Positions 48,749 to 57,436 of a stretch of DNA of 64,000 nt are shown here, piece after piece (positions within the stretch are counted from its first letter, which is position 1; each line of letters opens with the position of its first letter). Under the pieces are notes generated by a model that saw only the letters and a program-made list of their open reading frames with translations, did not search any database and was not told the origin of the DNA. This stretch comes from Candidatus Liberimonas magnetica (GTDB lineage Bacteria > Elusimicrobiota > Endomicrobiia > Endomicrobiales > JAFGIL01), in assembly GCA_020523885.1 (NCBI GenBank), contig JAJAPY010000008.1:20872-84871 (forward strand), given 5' to 3'. The translations under genes and the position numbers were made by a program.

Positions 48749-51700
48749 ATGCCAAATACTGAATTTGTGCATCTTCATAACCATACTGAATATTCTCTTT
48801 TGGACGGGGCCTGCAGGATACTTGATGACAAAGGAAAGCCCGCGGACATGATCCGTACCATGGCGGCGCATTTTAAAATGCCGGCTTTTGCTATTACAGA
48901 CCACGGCAACATGTACGGCGCGATAGAATTTTACAATGCGTGCAGGGAATCGGGAATAAAACCTATAATCGGCTGCGAGGTTTATGTAGCTCCGGGGTCA
49001 AGGCACGATAGGAAGTCAAACGGTATGGGGGACTACTATCACCTGACGCTTTTGGCAAAAGACCACACCGGTTACCAGAACCTGATGAACATAGTAAGCA
49101 AAGGGTTTCTTGAAGGGTTTTATTATAAACCAAGGGTGGACAGGGAGCTTTTAGCAGGTTACGGCAAGGGTATAATAGCTCTTTCAGGATGCCTGAAAGG
49201 AGAACTCTGCGGCGCTCTGTTGAAAGACGACTTAAAGCTTGCAGAAAAAATTGCCGGGGAACATCGCGATATATTCGGGAAAGAATTTTACTATATCGAA
49301 ATCATGGACCACGGCCTGGAAGAACAGAAAAAAGTAAACCCTAAGCTTATAGAGCTTGCCAAAAGGATGAACATACCTCTTGTGGCGACAAACGACTGCC
49401 ACTATTTAAAAAAAGAAGACTCATATAACCACGATGTGCTCCTGTGCATAGGTACCGGAAAAACCCTGGATGAACCGGACAGGATGCGTTTTTCAACTGA
49501 CCAGTTCTATTACCGTTCACCGCAGGAAATGGCAAAACTATTTTCTCATATACCTGAGGCAATAAAAAACACCGTAGAAATCGCCGAGAAAACTTCGCTT
49601 GAGATAGGTTTTAACCAGCTTCTTTTGCCGGACTATCCCGTGCCCGGAGGTGAAACTGCGGAAAAGTACCTTGAACGGCTCTGCCGTGAAGGTTTGAAAA
49701 AAAGGTACACGGATATAAAAGAAGAACATGAAAAAAGGCTCCAACATGAACTGGGCATTATAAAACAGATGGGTTTTGCAACCTATTTTCTGATAGTCTG
49801 GGATTTTATACATTACGCCAAAAAGAATAGTATACCGGTAGGCCCTGGCCGCGGTTCCGGAGCGGGGTCGATAGTAGCATATACACTCGGCATAACCGAT
49901 GTGTGCCCGTTAAAGTACGGGCTGTTGTTCGAACGGTTCTTAAACCCGGACAGGCGTTCAATGCCTGACCTCGACATAGATTTTGCAGATACCGGCCGAG
50001 ACAGGGTGATTGACTACGTACGCAATAAATACGGGCATAACAACTGCGCTCAGATAATCACATTCGGCTCCATGCAGGCGCGCCTGGTCTTAAGGGACGT
50101 TGCGCGTGCCATGGGTTTTACCCCGAGCGAAGGAGATAGGATAGCAAAACTTATCCCGTTCGGCATGAACATTTACAATGCCATGCAGACAGTCCCGGAG
50201 ATAGCGGCTCTGGCAAAAAGCGATGAGCGGATGAACAAGCTTATTTCAAGCGCACAGAGCCTTGAGGGCTTAAAGAGGCACACCGGTGTCCATGCAGCAG
50301 GCATGGTAATAGCAAAAGAGGAAATAACGAAGTATGCACCTCTTGCAAAAGGCAGTAAGGACGTGGTTACTACGCAGTATAACGATAAATGCATGTTAAA
50401 ACTCGGCCTGTTAAAAGTCGACTTTCTGGGGCTCCGTACCCTTACTATCATAGAAGATACCGTTAACCTTATAAAGAAAAGCCTTGACGCGAAGTTCGAC
50501 ATAAACACTATACCCTTGGACGACAAAAAAACATTCAAACTTTATCATGACGCAAAAACCCTCGGGGTATTCCAGCTGGAAAGCCGCGGTATGCGCGACC
50601 TCTTAAGGAAATTAAAACCTACTGACATAGAAGATATAATAGCTCTGATATCTCTTTACAGGCCCGGCCCCATGGGCTCAGGCATGATAGACGATTTCGT
50701 CTCGCGCAAACACGGCAGGACAAAAGTTGTTTATGACCACCCTGTGCTTGAACCCATATTAAAAGATACGCACGGCGTCATCCTTTACCAGGAACAGGTT
50801 ATGCGTATAGCTCAGGATATGGCTGGCTTCAGCGCTGGCGAAGCGGACGGCCTGCGCCGCGCTATGGGAAAAAAGATACCCGAGGAAATAGAAAAAGAAA
50901 GAGCTCATTTTATAAACGGCGCAAAAAAGAAAAAGATAGAACACAGGCTTTCCGAGAAAGTCTTTGACCAGATACTGCATTTTGGAGGGTACGGATTTAA
51001 TAAATCGCATGCTGCAGCTTACGGAATCCTTGCTTACCGCACGGCATATTTAAAAGCAAATTATAAGATACAGTATATGGCCTCGCTCCTAAATTCCGAA
51101 ATAGGCCGTTCCGCTGTAGGGAAAGAAGAGGAGATTTCAAAGATCGTGAGCTATATCCAGGACGCTGAAACTCTGAACATAAAGATCCTGCCTCCTGACA
51201 TCCAGAAGTCGGAAATGCTGTTTTCCATTGAAGGTGCTAACATCAGTTTCGGGCTTCTGGCAGTAAAGAATGTAGGCGAAGGCGCGTGCGAATCCATAAC
51301 TGCGGCAAGAAAAGCGAACGGCACGTTCAAGTCCTGGGACGATTTTATGACCAGGGTTGACATGCACTGCGTAAACCGGAAAGTCCTTGAATCCCTTATT
51401 AAAGCAGGAGCGTTCGACAGTTTCGGGGAAAGCCATATTTATACTCGCTCCGAGCTCATAGCGAAAATGGACGAATCCATCGGGTGGGCAAGCAAACACC
51501 AGAAAGATGTTTCTATCGGGCAGGAACTCCTGTTTGAAATAAACGACGTGGCGAACAACGGCACGCAATCCAGCATAAAAGTCGAGCCCTGGTCAGAGCA
51601 CACGGCGTTGTCTTACGAAAAAGAAGTGCTCGGTTTTTACCTTTCAGGCCATCCGCTTGCCCAGCACACGCATGACCTTTTGATGTTTTCGCAGTACAGG

Positions 51701-52246
51701 CTGGACAAACTGCCCCAGCCGACTTCAGGCAGGGACCAGGCTTTGATAAGGGTTTCGGGTATGGTATCTAACGTTAAAAAACTTGTGACAAAGGAAAAGA
51801 AAGAGCAGTATGCCAGGTTCAGGCTCGAAGATCTTTACGGGGAAGTAGATGTAGTGGTATTTCCAAAAAATTTCAAGAAGATGTTAAAATACCTGGAGCT
51901 GAATACTCTGGTGGTGGTAAAAGGCCGGCTTTCGGACAGAAGCTCCGAAAGCGAGATACTGGCAGAAGAGATGATGACCATTGAAGAGGCAAAGGAAAAG
52001 ATGCCTGCTTTTACGGGATCCGTGCATCTTAAGATATCCTCTCTAGGCCTTGAAGACGAGGTCCTGGACAGGATAAAAGATATTATCAAAGAACATCCGG
52101 GAAAGTCGCCGGTATACCTGGACGTATCTTCATCCAGCCAGCATGAATACGTGGTTGAAACCTCTCTCAGGGTCAAACCGGAAGTCAATTTCTTTAAGAA
52201 CATAGAAAAAATTTTAGGGCCTGAAGCGCTTGAACTAAGGTCTTGA
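48749..52246 (+). CDS. dnaE: DNA polymerase III alpha subunit (DnaE1 type)
   Basis: PHP domain FVHLHNHTEYSLLDG, polymerase core, and a C-terminal OB fold. An alternative TTG start lies at 48707. Confidence 0.95.
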   Translation: MPNTEFVHLHNHTEYSLLDGACRILDDKGKPADMIRTMAAHFKMPAFAITDHGNMYGAIEFYNACRESGIKPIIGCEVYVAPGSRHDRKSNGMGDYYHLTLLAKDHTGYQNLMNIVSKGFLEGFYYKPRVDRELLAGYGKGIIALSGCLKGELCGALLKDDLKLAEKIAGEHRDIFGKEFYYIEIMDHGLEEQKKVNPKLIELAKRMNIPLVATNDCHYLKKEDSYNHDVLLCIGTGKTLDEPDRMRFSTDQFYYRSPQEMAKLFSHIPEAIKNTVEIAEKTSLEIGFNQLLLPDYPVPGGETAEKYLERLCREGLKKRYTDIKEEHEKRLQHELGIIKQMGFATYFLIVWDFIHYAKKNSIPVGPGRGSGAGSIVAYTLGITDVCPLKYGLLFERFLNPDRRSMPDLDIDFADTGRDRVIDYVRNKYGHNNCAQIITFGSMQARLVLRDVARAMGFTPSEGDRIAKLIPFGMNIYNAMQTVPEIAALAKSDERMNKLISSAQSLEGLKRHTGVHAAGMVIAKEEITKYAPLAKGSKDVVTTQYNDKCMLKLGLLKVDFLGLRTLTIIEDTVNLIKKSLDAKFDINTIPLDDKKTFKLYHDAKTLGVFQLESRGMRDLLRKLKPTDIEDIIALISLYRPGPMGSGMIDDFVSRKHGRTKVVYDHPVLEPILKDTHGVILYQEQVMRIAQDMAGFSAGEADGLRRAMGKKIPEEIEKERAHFINGAKKKKIEHRLSEKVFDQILHFGGYGFNKSHAAAYGILAYRTAYLKANYKIQYMASLLNSEIGRSAVGKEEEISKIVSYIQDAETLNIKILPPDIQKSEMLFSIEGANISFGLLAVKNVGEGACESITAARKANGTFKSWDDFMTRVDMHCVNRKVLESLIKAGAFDSFGESHIYTRSELIAKMDESIGWASKHQKDVSIGQELLFEINDVANNGTQSSIKVEPWSEHTALSYEKEVLGFYLSGHPLAQHTHDLLMFSQYRLDKLPQPTSGRDQALIRVSGMVSNVKKLVTKEKKEQYARFRLEDLYGEVDVVVFPKNFKKMLKYLELNTLVVVKGRLSDRSSESEILAEEMMTIEEAKEKMPAFTGSVHLKISSLGLEDEVLDRIKDIIKEHPGKSPVYLDVSSSSQHEYVVETSLRVKPEVNFFKNIEKILGPEALELRS

Positions 52247-52435
52247 CCTGAAAACTATGTTAACACAACGACTTAGCATAAGGCTTTTTCTGTTTGCAAT
52301 TAACGCCTTATCTCAACATCCCAGAAGGCCTATATACTTTCCCGTATTTCATGCCAAGGGACTCCAGCATTTGGATTTTGATGATAAGTATTAAGCCTAT
52401 TATCTAACTCCTTTTTTTATTCTTCTGATAATTGT

Positions 52436-52494
52436 ACCATAAAAAATCAGCGGATTTGCCTTTGGCAAATCCGCTGGATTGTTTTGTTAGAGTA
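52436..52494 (-). repeat. attC, distal-most in the array, with a degenerate outer core
   Basis: CCATAAAAAATCAGCGGATTTGCC-TTT-GGCAAATCCGCTGGATTGTTTTGTTAGAG. 13-bp perfect stem. Confidence 0.8.
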
Positions 52495-52500
52495 TTTATA

Positions 52501-52734
52501 TTATTTCCCGATTTCATATAGAAAATCAGGTGAGAAGTCCGCATTGTTTGGCCATACAATCGTATCTATATCTTTATTCAATCTAACCTTTCTAAAATAA
52601 GAAATATTTTTTAGTGGTTTAAATACTTTCCCTTCAAGATGATTTTTTAAATCAACAACTTTTGTTTTTCTGTTTCCAAATACTATTTTTAATTTGTAAT
52701 CTTCAAGATAGTCAAAATCTTTAATCCAGTACAT
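52501..52734 (-). CDS. DUF2442 family protein (cassette 15)
   Basis: ATG at 52734 behind GGAGGT. Partner of the upstream DUF4160 gene. Confidence 0.7.
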   Translation of the reverse strand: MYWIKDFDYLEDYKLKIVFGNRKTKVVDLKNHLEGKVFKPLKNISYFRKVRLNKDIDTIVWPNNADFSPDFLYEIGK

Positions 52735-52745
52735 ATAAATACCTC

Positions 52746-53006
52746 CTAAACCAATGGCTTTATTTTCTTTAAAATATCGTGCTTTTGAGCACGTTCCCAA
52801 TCCTCAAGCAACTCTTTTCTGTGTTCAAATGCCCACTCCAAAACAAGAGAAACGATTCTTTTTGGTAATTTCCCTTCAATAATTTCTAAATCATTTATAG
52901 AAAATGCAGCTCTTTTTCCTGCATATTTTGCATGGAAATGAGGGGGAGCATGCTCTTTAAAGTACATTGATATAATAATTCCTAAAAACCTACTAATCTC
53001 TGGCAT
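52746..53006 (-). CDS. DUF4160 family protein (cassette 15)
   Basis: MPEISRFLGIIISMYFKEHAPPHFHA signature. Confidence 0.8.
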   Translation of the reverse strand: MPEISRFLGIIISMYFKEHAPPHFHAKYAGKRAAFSINDLEIIEGKLPKRIVSLVLEWAFEHRKELLEDWERAQKHDILKKIKPLV

Positions 53007-53053
53007 CGTTTATATCCTTTCATGTTCTATTATAGCAGATTTACTTACATTTT

Positions 53054-53085
53054 TCTAACGCATTTTTTGTATTGATTTGTTAGAT
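53054..53085 (-). repeat. attC relic with cores only (TCTAAC-N19-GTTAGAT) and no stem
   Basis: Read directly. Too short (32 nt) for a functional attC. Confidence 0.5.
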
Positions 53086-53280
53086 AATTTTATTAAATTG
53101 CCACTCTGCGATTGTAAATTCGTTTATATGAAAACCGCATTTAATTGCAGCAGAAAGCCAATTAATCTGTGTTTGTCTGATTTTGTCTTTGGATTTCCAT
53201 TTTGACTCAATGAATTTAATATCAGAACCTTTCCAGCAAAATAAATCAAAAGCGCTATGCGTGCTTTTTGCCAAAATCAC
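53080..53280 (-). CDS. Mini VRR-NUC-like protein (cassette 14)
   Basis: DLFCWKGSDIKFIESKWKSKDKIRQTQINWLSAAIKCGF resembles the D..(E)xK ... Q..W core of VRR-NUC. GTG start inside the upstream attC. Confidence 0.35.
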   Translation of the reverse strand: MILAKSTHSAFDLFCWKGSDIKFIESKWKSKDKIRQTQINWLSAAIKCGFHINEFTIAEWQFNKII

Positions 53281-53323
53281 CTGCCGTGCGGAGCACGGTC
53301 AGGTGGATTGCTTTGTTAGAAAT
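53268..53323 (-). repeat. attC
   Basis: CACCTGCCGTGC-GGA-GCACGGTCAGGTG stem with one bulge, then GATTGCTTTGTTAGAA. Confidence 0.75.
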
Positions 53324-53339
53324 TTATTTGTTGTTCTAT

Positions 53340-53645
53340 TCAATATAAAGATAACTGGTTTTTTTCGTGATGAATAGTAGAAAATGCTCGGCTGGTTGTC
53401 TGATTAAGGGTTAATTTCTCGTACAATGTTTCAGGGGCAATATCTACGCCATTAGGCCAGGCTATTGTGCCGCCGTCAATAGTTGCTTTTTTGAAGATTC
53501 GCATATCTTTTAATGCTTTAAATACAGGGCCTCTATTTATATAATCTGAAAAATCTATATCGCCTTTTGTTCCGTCATCAAATACGATATGGTAAATATA
53601 GTTGCTCTTGTATTTAATTTTTTTAACTTCATTCATATTCCACAT
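53340..53645 (-). CDS. DUF2442 family protein (cassette 13)
   Basis: Diverged paralogue of 52501-52734. Downstream of a DUF4160 gene. Confidence 0.7.
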   Translation of the reverse strand: MWNMNEVKKIKYKSNYIYHIVFDDGTKGDIDFSDYINRGPVFKALKDMRIFKKATIDGGTIAWPNGVDIAPETLYEKLTLNQTTSRAFSTIHHEKNQLSLY

Positions 53646-53653
53646 GTTTCACC

Positions 53654-53914
53654 TCATTTTAATGGGGCAATTTTCTTTATTTCTTTGCCGGCTTTTGATA
53701 GTTTCCAATCCGCTTCAAGTTCTGTTACATGAATGTCGATCCAATCTCTGATAAGTTTTCTTGCAGTTTTGGATTGTATGTTTCCTTTGAGTATGTTTCC
53801 CTGTAGATCAAAAACGGCTTTTTCACTTTGATATTCCGCATGCAAATGCGGCGGATTATGCTCATAATAGAACATTCTTATTACAATTCCAAAAAATTTA
53901 GAAATTATCGGCAT
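53654..53914 (-). CDS. DUF4160 family protein (cassette 13)
   Basis: MPIISKFFGIVIRMFYYEHNPPHLHA signature. Confidence 0.8.
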   Translation of the reverse strand: MPIISKFFGIVIRMFYYEHNPPHLHAEYQSEKAVFDLQGNILKGNIQSKTARKLIRDWIDIHVTELEADWKLSKAGKEIKKIAPLK

Positions 53915-53965
53915 TTATATCTCCTATCTCTTTGTTAATTTATTATAGCAAATTTTATTAGATTT

Positions 53966-54022
53966 TTCTAACACTACAGTATTTGTGCAAAAGGGGACGT
54001 CCCCTAAGCCCCTGTGTTTTTT
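53966..54022 (-). repeat. Variant attC with 14-nt palindrome AGGGGACGTCCCCT
   Basis: Plus strand TTCTAACACTACAG...AGGGGACGTCCCCTAAGCCCCTGTGTTTTTT. AACAC/GTGTT outer pairing. Confidence 0.6.
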
Positions 54023-54676
54023 ATTAATCAGCTAATAGTATTTCTCTATCCCACCAAAGCCTATTTGCTTGTTTTCTTTTGTCTTTGCAATAAAATTTGT
54101 AAGTCTCTTTTGAAATTCTTCTGGGCGATTCCGCGCTGCTTCAATGTAAGCAATACGTATTCTTCTATATGAGTCGGAAAACCTGTGATAATTCTCCCAT
54201 GCCAAATGATCGCTTTTTATTGCATTAATTATATCTGGAGAGAAAATAAACTTCTCGTCAATAATCCTTTTCGCAATATCTAGTATTGATGGATGCAGTA
54301 AATTCTCCTTAAGAAGCCATTTTAACCTCTCTTTGTTAGCTTGTGAGTAACCACTCTTGGGGTTTCTTGGTGAGAATCTTTGTGCGCTACTATTTTCGCT
54401 AACAGATTTCAGTTGGCTATCAATCCAGCCGAAACACAAAGCTTCTTCCACAGCGTCGTTATATGATATACGCGGTTTTCCTGAAGACTTGTTTGGATAG
54501 ACCAGCCAGACCTCTTTCTCTTTACTAGAGTTTAGTTCAAGCCATGCACGCCAGTCTTTTCTGTTGACTACATACAGCGTTTTAAGTTTATCCACAATAA
54601 CAACCATTCTGCGTTAACTAACCTAACTCAGGCACAAAAAGCTATCGCTATTTTCTTTCCAACATCCGAAATCAGC
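53998..54676. repeat. 679-bp direct repeat, copy 1 (YdeI cassette)
   Basis: Offset of exactly 4046 bp to 58044-58722. The encoded proteins are identical. One mismatch seen (54009 C vs 58055 T). Confidence 0.85.
54032..54607 (-). CDS. YdeI/OmpD-associated family protein, copy 1 (cassette 12)
   Basis: WRAWLE...VWLVY...ISYNDAVEEALCFGWIDS...RFSPRNPKSGYS pattern. Confidence 0.75.
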   Translation of the reverse strand: MVVIVDKLKTLYVVNRKDWRAWLELNSSKEKEVWLVYPNKSSGKPRISYNDAVEEALCFGWIDSQLKSVSENSSAQRFSPRNPKSGYSQANKERLKWLLKENLLHPSILDIAKRIIDEKFIFSPDIINAIKSDHLAWENYHRFSDSYRRIRIAYIEAARNRPEEFQKRLTNFIAKTKENKQIGFGGIEKYY

Positions 54677-54718
54677 GGAATTGCCAGAGGCAATTTCCGC
54701 TGTATTGATTTGTTAGAA
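54657..54718 (-). repeat. attC
   Basis: CCAACATCCGAAATCAGCGGAATTGCC-AGA-GGCAATTTCCGCTGTATTGATTTGTTAGAA, with one extrahelical T. Confidence 0.85.
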
Positions 54719-54767
54719 AATTTATTGTCGTATAGTTCAAATTGTTAAATTTAACGAATACCGTATT

Positions 54768-54810
54768 ACCTAACTACGTCCCCTAAGTCCGCTGGATTGT
54801 TTTGTTAGTA
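54768..54810 (-). repeat. Chimeric/short attC
   Basis: ACCTAACTACGTCCCCTAAGTCCGCTGGATTGTTTTGTTAGTA. It has the standard right half but no CAGCGG partner arm. Confidence 0.55.
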
Positions 54811-54830
54811 TTTAGATTCTATTTCTATCA

Positions 54831-55079
54831 TTATAAGGCAACTTTATGCAGTATCTCAGATATAAACGTTTGATATTTAACGCCTATATTTCTTGCTTTT
54901 TGTTTTATGCTTTCAAGGTCATGACTATTAATTCTTATGTTTAATACCGAATCTTTCTTTCTTCTGGCTATAGCTTGCGAGATAACATGAAAATCTTGCT
55001 TGTTGACAGGAGTATAAGTTCCTTCTAAAAGGTCTTTTTCAATTTCTTTTTCTTGTAAATTTAATTTTATTCTTTTCAT
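54831..55079 (-). CDS. CopG/BrnA-like antitoxin (cassette 10)
   Basis: C-terminal RHH-like IRINSHDLESIKQKARNIGVKYQTFISEILHK. 4-nt overlap with the toxin gene. Confidence 0.65.
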   Translation of the reverse strand: MKRIKLNLQEKEIEKDLLEGTYTPVNKQDFHVISQAIARRKKDSVLNIRINSHDLESIKQKARNIGVKYQTFISEILHKVAL

Positions 55080-55333
55080 TTGTTTGCTCCTTTAAATATT
55101 TTGGTATATTTTCTACTGGGGTAAAGAGTTTTGAGAAAATAGTAGTTTTCTTCTTCTACAAAAGGGACTACCCATATGTATTTTTTATATTCAAACAGCA
55201 TTATCTTTTGGTTCTCTTTGATCGGATGTCTCAATATGTTAATAAGCTTTGAATTAACTAACTCATCAAAAGAAACGCCTCTGGTTTTTATTAATCTTTC
55301 ATTTTTAAGCAAGTTCCAGCGAAGTTCTTTCAT
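55076..55333 (-). CDS. BrnT-like (DUF497-related) toxin (cassette 10)
   Basis: KNERLIKTRGVSFDEL ... VVPFV ... FLKTLYPSRK pattern. Confidence 0.55.
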   Translation of the reverse strand: MKELRWNLLKNERLIKTRGVSFDELVNSKLINILRHPIKENQKIMLFEYKKYIWVVPFVEEENYYFLKTLYPSRKYTKIFKGANK

Positions 55334-55391
55334 TGTTTTAATTGTAGCATATTACAAATGTATATACAATATGTAATTCAATATAATTTTA

Positions 55392-55451
55392 TGCTAACAT
55401 AAAAAATCAGCAGCTCCGACCGAAGCGTCGGAGTCGGCTGTATTGTTAGAA
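55392..55451 (-). repeat. attC
   Basis: GCTAACATAAAAAATCAGCAGCTCCGAC-CGAAGC-GTCGGAGTCGGCTGTATTGTTAGAA. Confidence 0.8.
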
Positions 55452-55492
55452 ATTTAATTGTTGTTATCTTAATATCTTAAGACCGCCCCTAG

Positions 55493-55963
55493 TTACTCGT
55501 GACCTTCTTTCCCTATTCTCCTTTGTAAAAGTCTTTCAAACACGGCCGCGGTAGTAGCGATTACAACAGAGACAAAAATCATAAAGAGACCCAAAGCAAC
55601 ACCACCCGCTATGTCATCCTTGCCGCGCACAGCTATAAATAGGTAGGCTTCTGCAGCTACAATAAAACCAACAAGAGATATCGCACAGTATTCTATTGTA
55701 CGTAAAGCTCTCACGGATTTTAGTGAGAATACTTTATTTTGTCCGAGGTATCCGAGCAACACAAACGATTGATATAACGCCACGAAAAATGAAATGGACG
55801 CTATATACGCATACGCCAGAAAAGGATCTTTAAAGTAAATCTCAAAGAGCGTGGCGTGCACGTTCCTGCCCTCAATATGGGGTTCCCAAAGCATAAAGGC
55901 AAGAGCGCCGATGCCGATGACTACAATGATTACCTGAAGAAATATTGTTGAGTTCTTTTTCAT
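55493..55963 (-). CDS. Four-TM membrane protein, possibly DUF2975-like (cassette 9)
   Basis: Hydrophobicity pattern. The family call is tentative. Confidence 0.5.
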   Translation of the reverse strand: MKKNSTIFLQVIIVVIGIGALAFMLWEPHIEGRNVHATLFEIYFKDPFLAYAYIASISFFVALYQSFVLLGYLGQNKVFSLKSVRALRTIEYCAISLVGFIVAAEAYLFIAVRGKDDIAGGVALGLFMIFVSVVIATTAAVFERLLQRRIGKEGHE

Positions 55964-55982
55964 AGATAGTTTTTATAGGATA

Positions 55983-56042
55983 TCTTAACATAAAAAATCA
56001 GCTGCCCGCCTTGAGTGGGTCAGCTGTATTGACTTGATAATA
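55983..56042 (-). repeat. attC with a degenerate ORF-proximal core (GATAATA)
   Basis: TCTTAACATAAAAAATCAGCTGCCCGCC-TTGA-GTGGGTCAGCTGTATTGACTTGATAATA. Confidence 0.7.
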
Positions 56043-56060
56043 TAAGGGCAATTAATTCTA

Positions 56061-56273
56061 TTAAGCAGCCCATTTGAATAGAAGTTTTTTGTGCGAATGA
56101 GCACATTCGCTAAGATACAAATTAATTAAATTTTGGTATGGCATTCCATACTCATTTGCTAAACCCTTGAAATAACTAATGGTTTCATGGTCAAGACGAA
56201 TGGTAATTTGTTTTTTCAGTTTTTTGAAGTATGGATTCTTTGTTGCATTGCTAAAATCGTATTGTTTATTCAT
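56061..56273 (-). CDS. brnA: BrnA antitoxin (cassette 8)
   Basis: ITIRLDHETISYFKGLANEYGMPYQNLINLYL pattern. 4-nt overlap with brnT. Confidence 0.75.
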   Translation of the reverse strand: MNKQYDFSNATKNPYFKKLKKQITIRLDHETISYFKGLANEYGMPYQNLINLYLSECAHSHKKLLFKWAA

Positions 56274-56563
56274 GACAATTTCTCCTTATATTGTTTTTGT
56301 TCTTTTTTGTTTGCTTTTCTAGCTGAAATAATTCTAATTATCTCATCATCTTTTCTATAGCAATGGCAAACAACTAACAATCGTAAAATACGGCTTACGC
56401 CAAGCATAATAAAACGGTCTTCATGGTCAGAATGTGATGGATCATGTATCAATAAAGCATTGGGGTCATAAAATATTGTTTTTGCTTCTTCAAAAGATAT
56501 TCCATGTTTCTTTTTATTGCTATTATCTTTTTTCTTGTCCCATTCAAATTCAATGTGCTTCAT
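56270..56563 (-). CDS. brnT: BrnT toxin (DUF497) (cassette 8)
   Basis: FEWDKKKDNSNKKKHGISFEEAKTIFYDP ... IRIISARKANKKEQKQY. Confidence 0.8.
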   Translation of the reverse strand: MKHIEFEWDKKKDNSNKKKHGISFEEAKTIFYDPNALLIHDPSHSDHEDRFIMLGVSRILRLLVVCHCYRKDDEIIRIISARKANKKEQKQYKEKLS

Positions 56564-56598
56564 AATTATATTGTAATTATATTCTAATTATTTGTCAA

Positions 56599-56659
56599 GT
56601 CTAACATCCGAAATAAGCTACTCGACCTGAAGGGGAGGGTCAGCTGTATTGTGTTAAAT
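56599..56659 (-). repeat. attC
   Basis: GTCTAACATCCGAAATAAGCTACTCGACC...GGGAGGGTCAGCTGTATTGTGTTAAAT. The stop of the upstream ORF lies in the core. Confidence 0.75.
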
Positions 56660-57370
56660 ATCAGTTTCTTTTGATTTTATAAATTCATAAAATTGATAAC
56701 TAAAACTTGTGTATGCAAAACCAGTACCTAAATCCTGGCTTTTTCTATATTCTCCAAGCTCGTATTTATACCATTCTGTTGTAGAACTAAATATTCCTAA
56801 GGATTTCATTTCTTCTATGGCAGAATCAACTAAATAGGGCTCAAAGACATTTTTCAAATTATTTATTATTCTACGTTTATCAATTTGTACAGGTTGGCAA
56901 GAGCTTTTATTAAGATATTTTATTAATGGTTCTCTATAAACTTTATCAATTTCTATTAAAACTAATACAGCAGAACAAGACATGTTTCTTAGAATATCAA
57001 TAAATTTCAATTTTTTCATAATTGGTATCTTTTTATTATTAATGCCGTTTATCAGTGCGTTTACAAATAATTCTTGCTTTTCTTCTATTTGTGCATCCAT
57101 CGCAGAAGCAAAGATTTTATTTACAAATAAGTTGCCATCCTTAGTTTTTAACCATTTGTCACATAATAATTTCTTTACATCGGCAACTTTTAATTCTAAA
57201 TGATTTGTAAATGTTTTAGCATTTCTATCAAATACGTGTTTTTTAAATACATCATAGCCCAATACTATTGGTAATAAAATAGGATATTCCGATAGCAATA
57301 CTGTCCTTGAAACAGTTTTTAAAGAATTAAAGAGACTTTTTGTTTGTTTTGTTATTTTTAGTTTTGTCAT
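56654..57370 (-). CDS. Hypothetical protein, possibly Abi_alpha/DUF4393-like (cassette 7)
   Basis: ATG at 57370, just outside the attC. FASAMDAQIEEKQELFVNALINGIN ... FIDILRNMSCSAVLVL resembles the DUF4393 pattern. Confidence 0.35.
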   Translation of the reverse strand: MTKLKITKQTKSLFNSLKTVSRTVLLSEYPILLPIVLGYDVFKKHVFDRNAKTFTNHLELKVADVKKLLCDKWLKTKDGNLFVNKIFASAMDAQIEEKQELFVNALINGINNKKIPIMKKLKFIDILRNMSCSAVLVLIEIDKVYREPLIKYLNKSSCQPVQIDKRRIINNLKNVFEPYLVDSAIEEMKSLGIFSSTTEWYKYELGEYRKSQDLGTGFAYTSFSYQFYEFIKSKETDI

Positions 57371-57371
57371 T

Positions 57372-57434
57372 TCTTTACATAAAAAATCAGCGGATTTTGC
57401 CGAAGGCAAATTCCGCTGTATTGATTTGTTATCT
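57372..57434 (-). repeat. attC
   Basis: TCTTTACATAAAAAATCAGCGGATTTTGCC-GAA-GGCAAATTCCGCTGTATTGATTTGTTATCT. Confidence 0.8.
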
Positions 57435-57436
57435 TT

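Noticed and set aside
48749-52246. dnaE next to lexA might be an error-prone DnaE2.
   Set aside because: The N-terminal PHP motif (FVHLHNHTEYSLLDG), the ~1165-aa length and the absence of imuA/imuB neighbours all fit replicative DnaE1.
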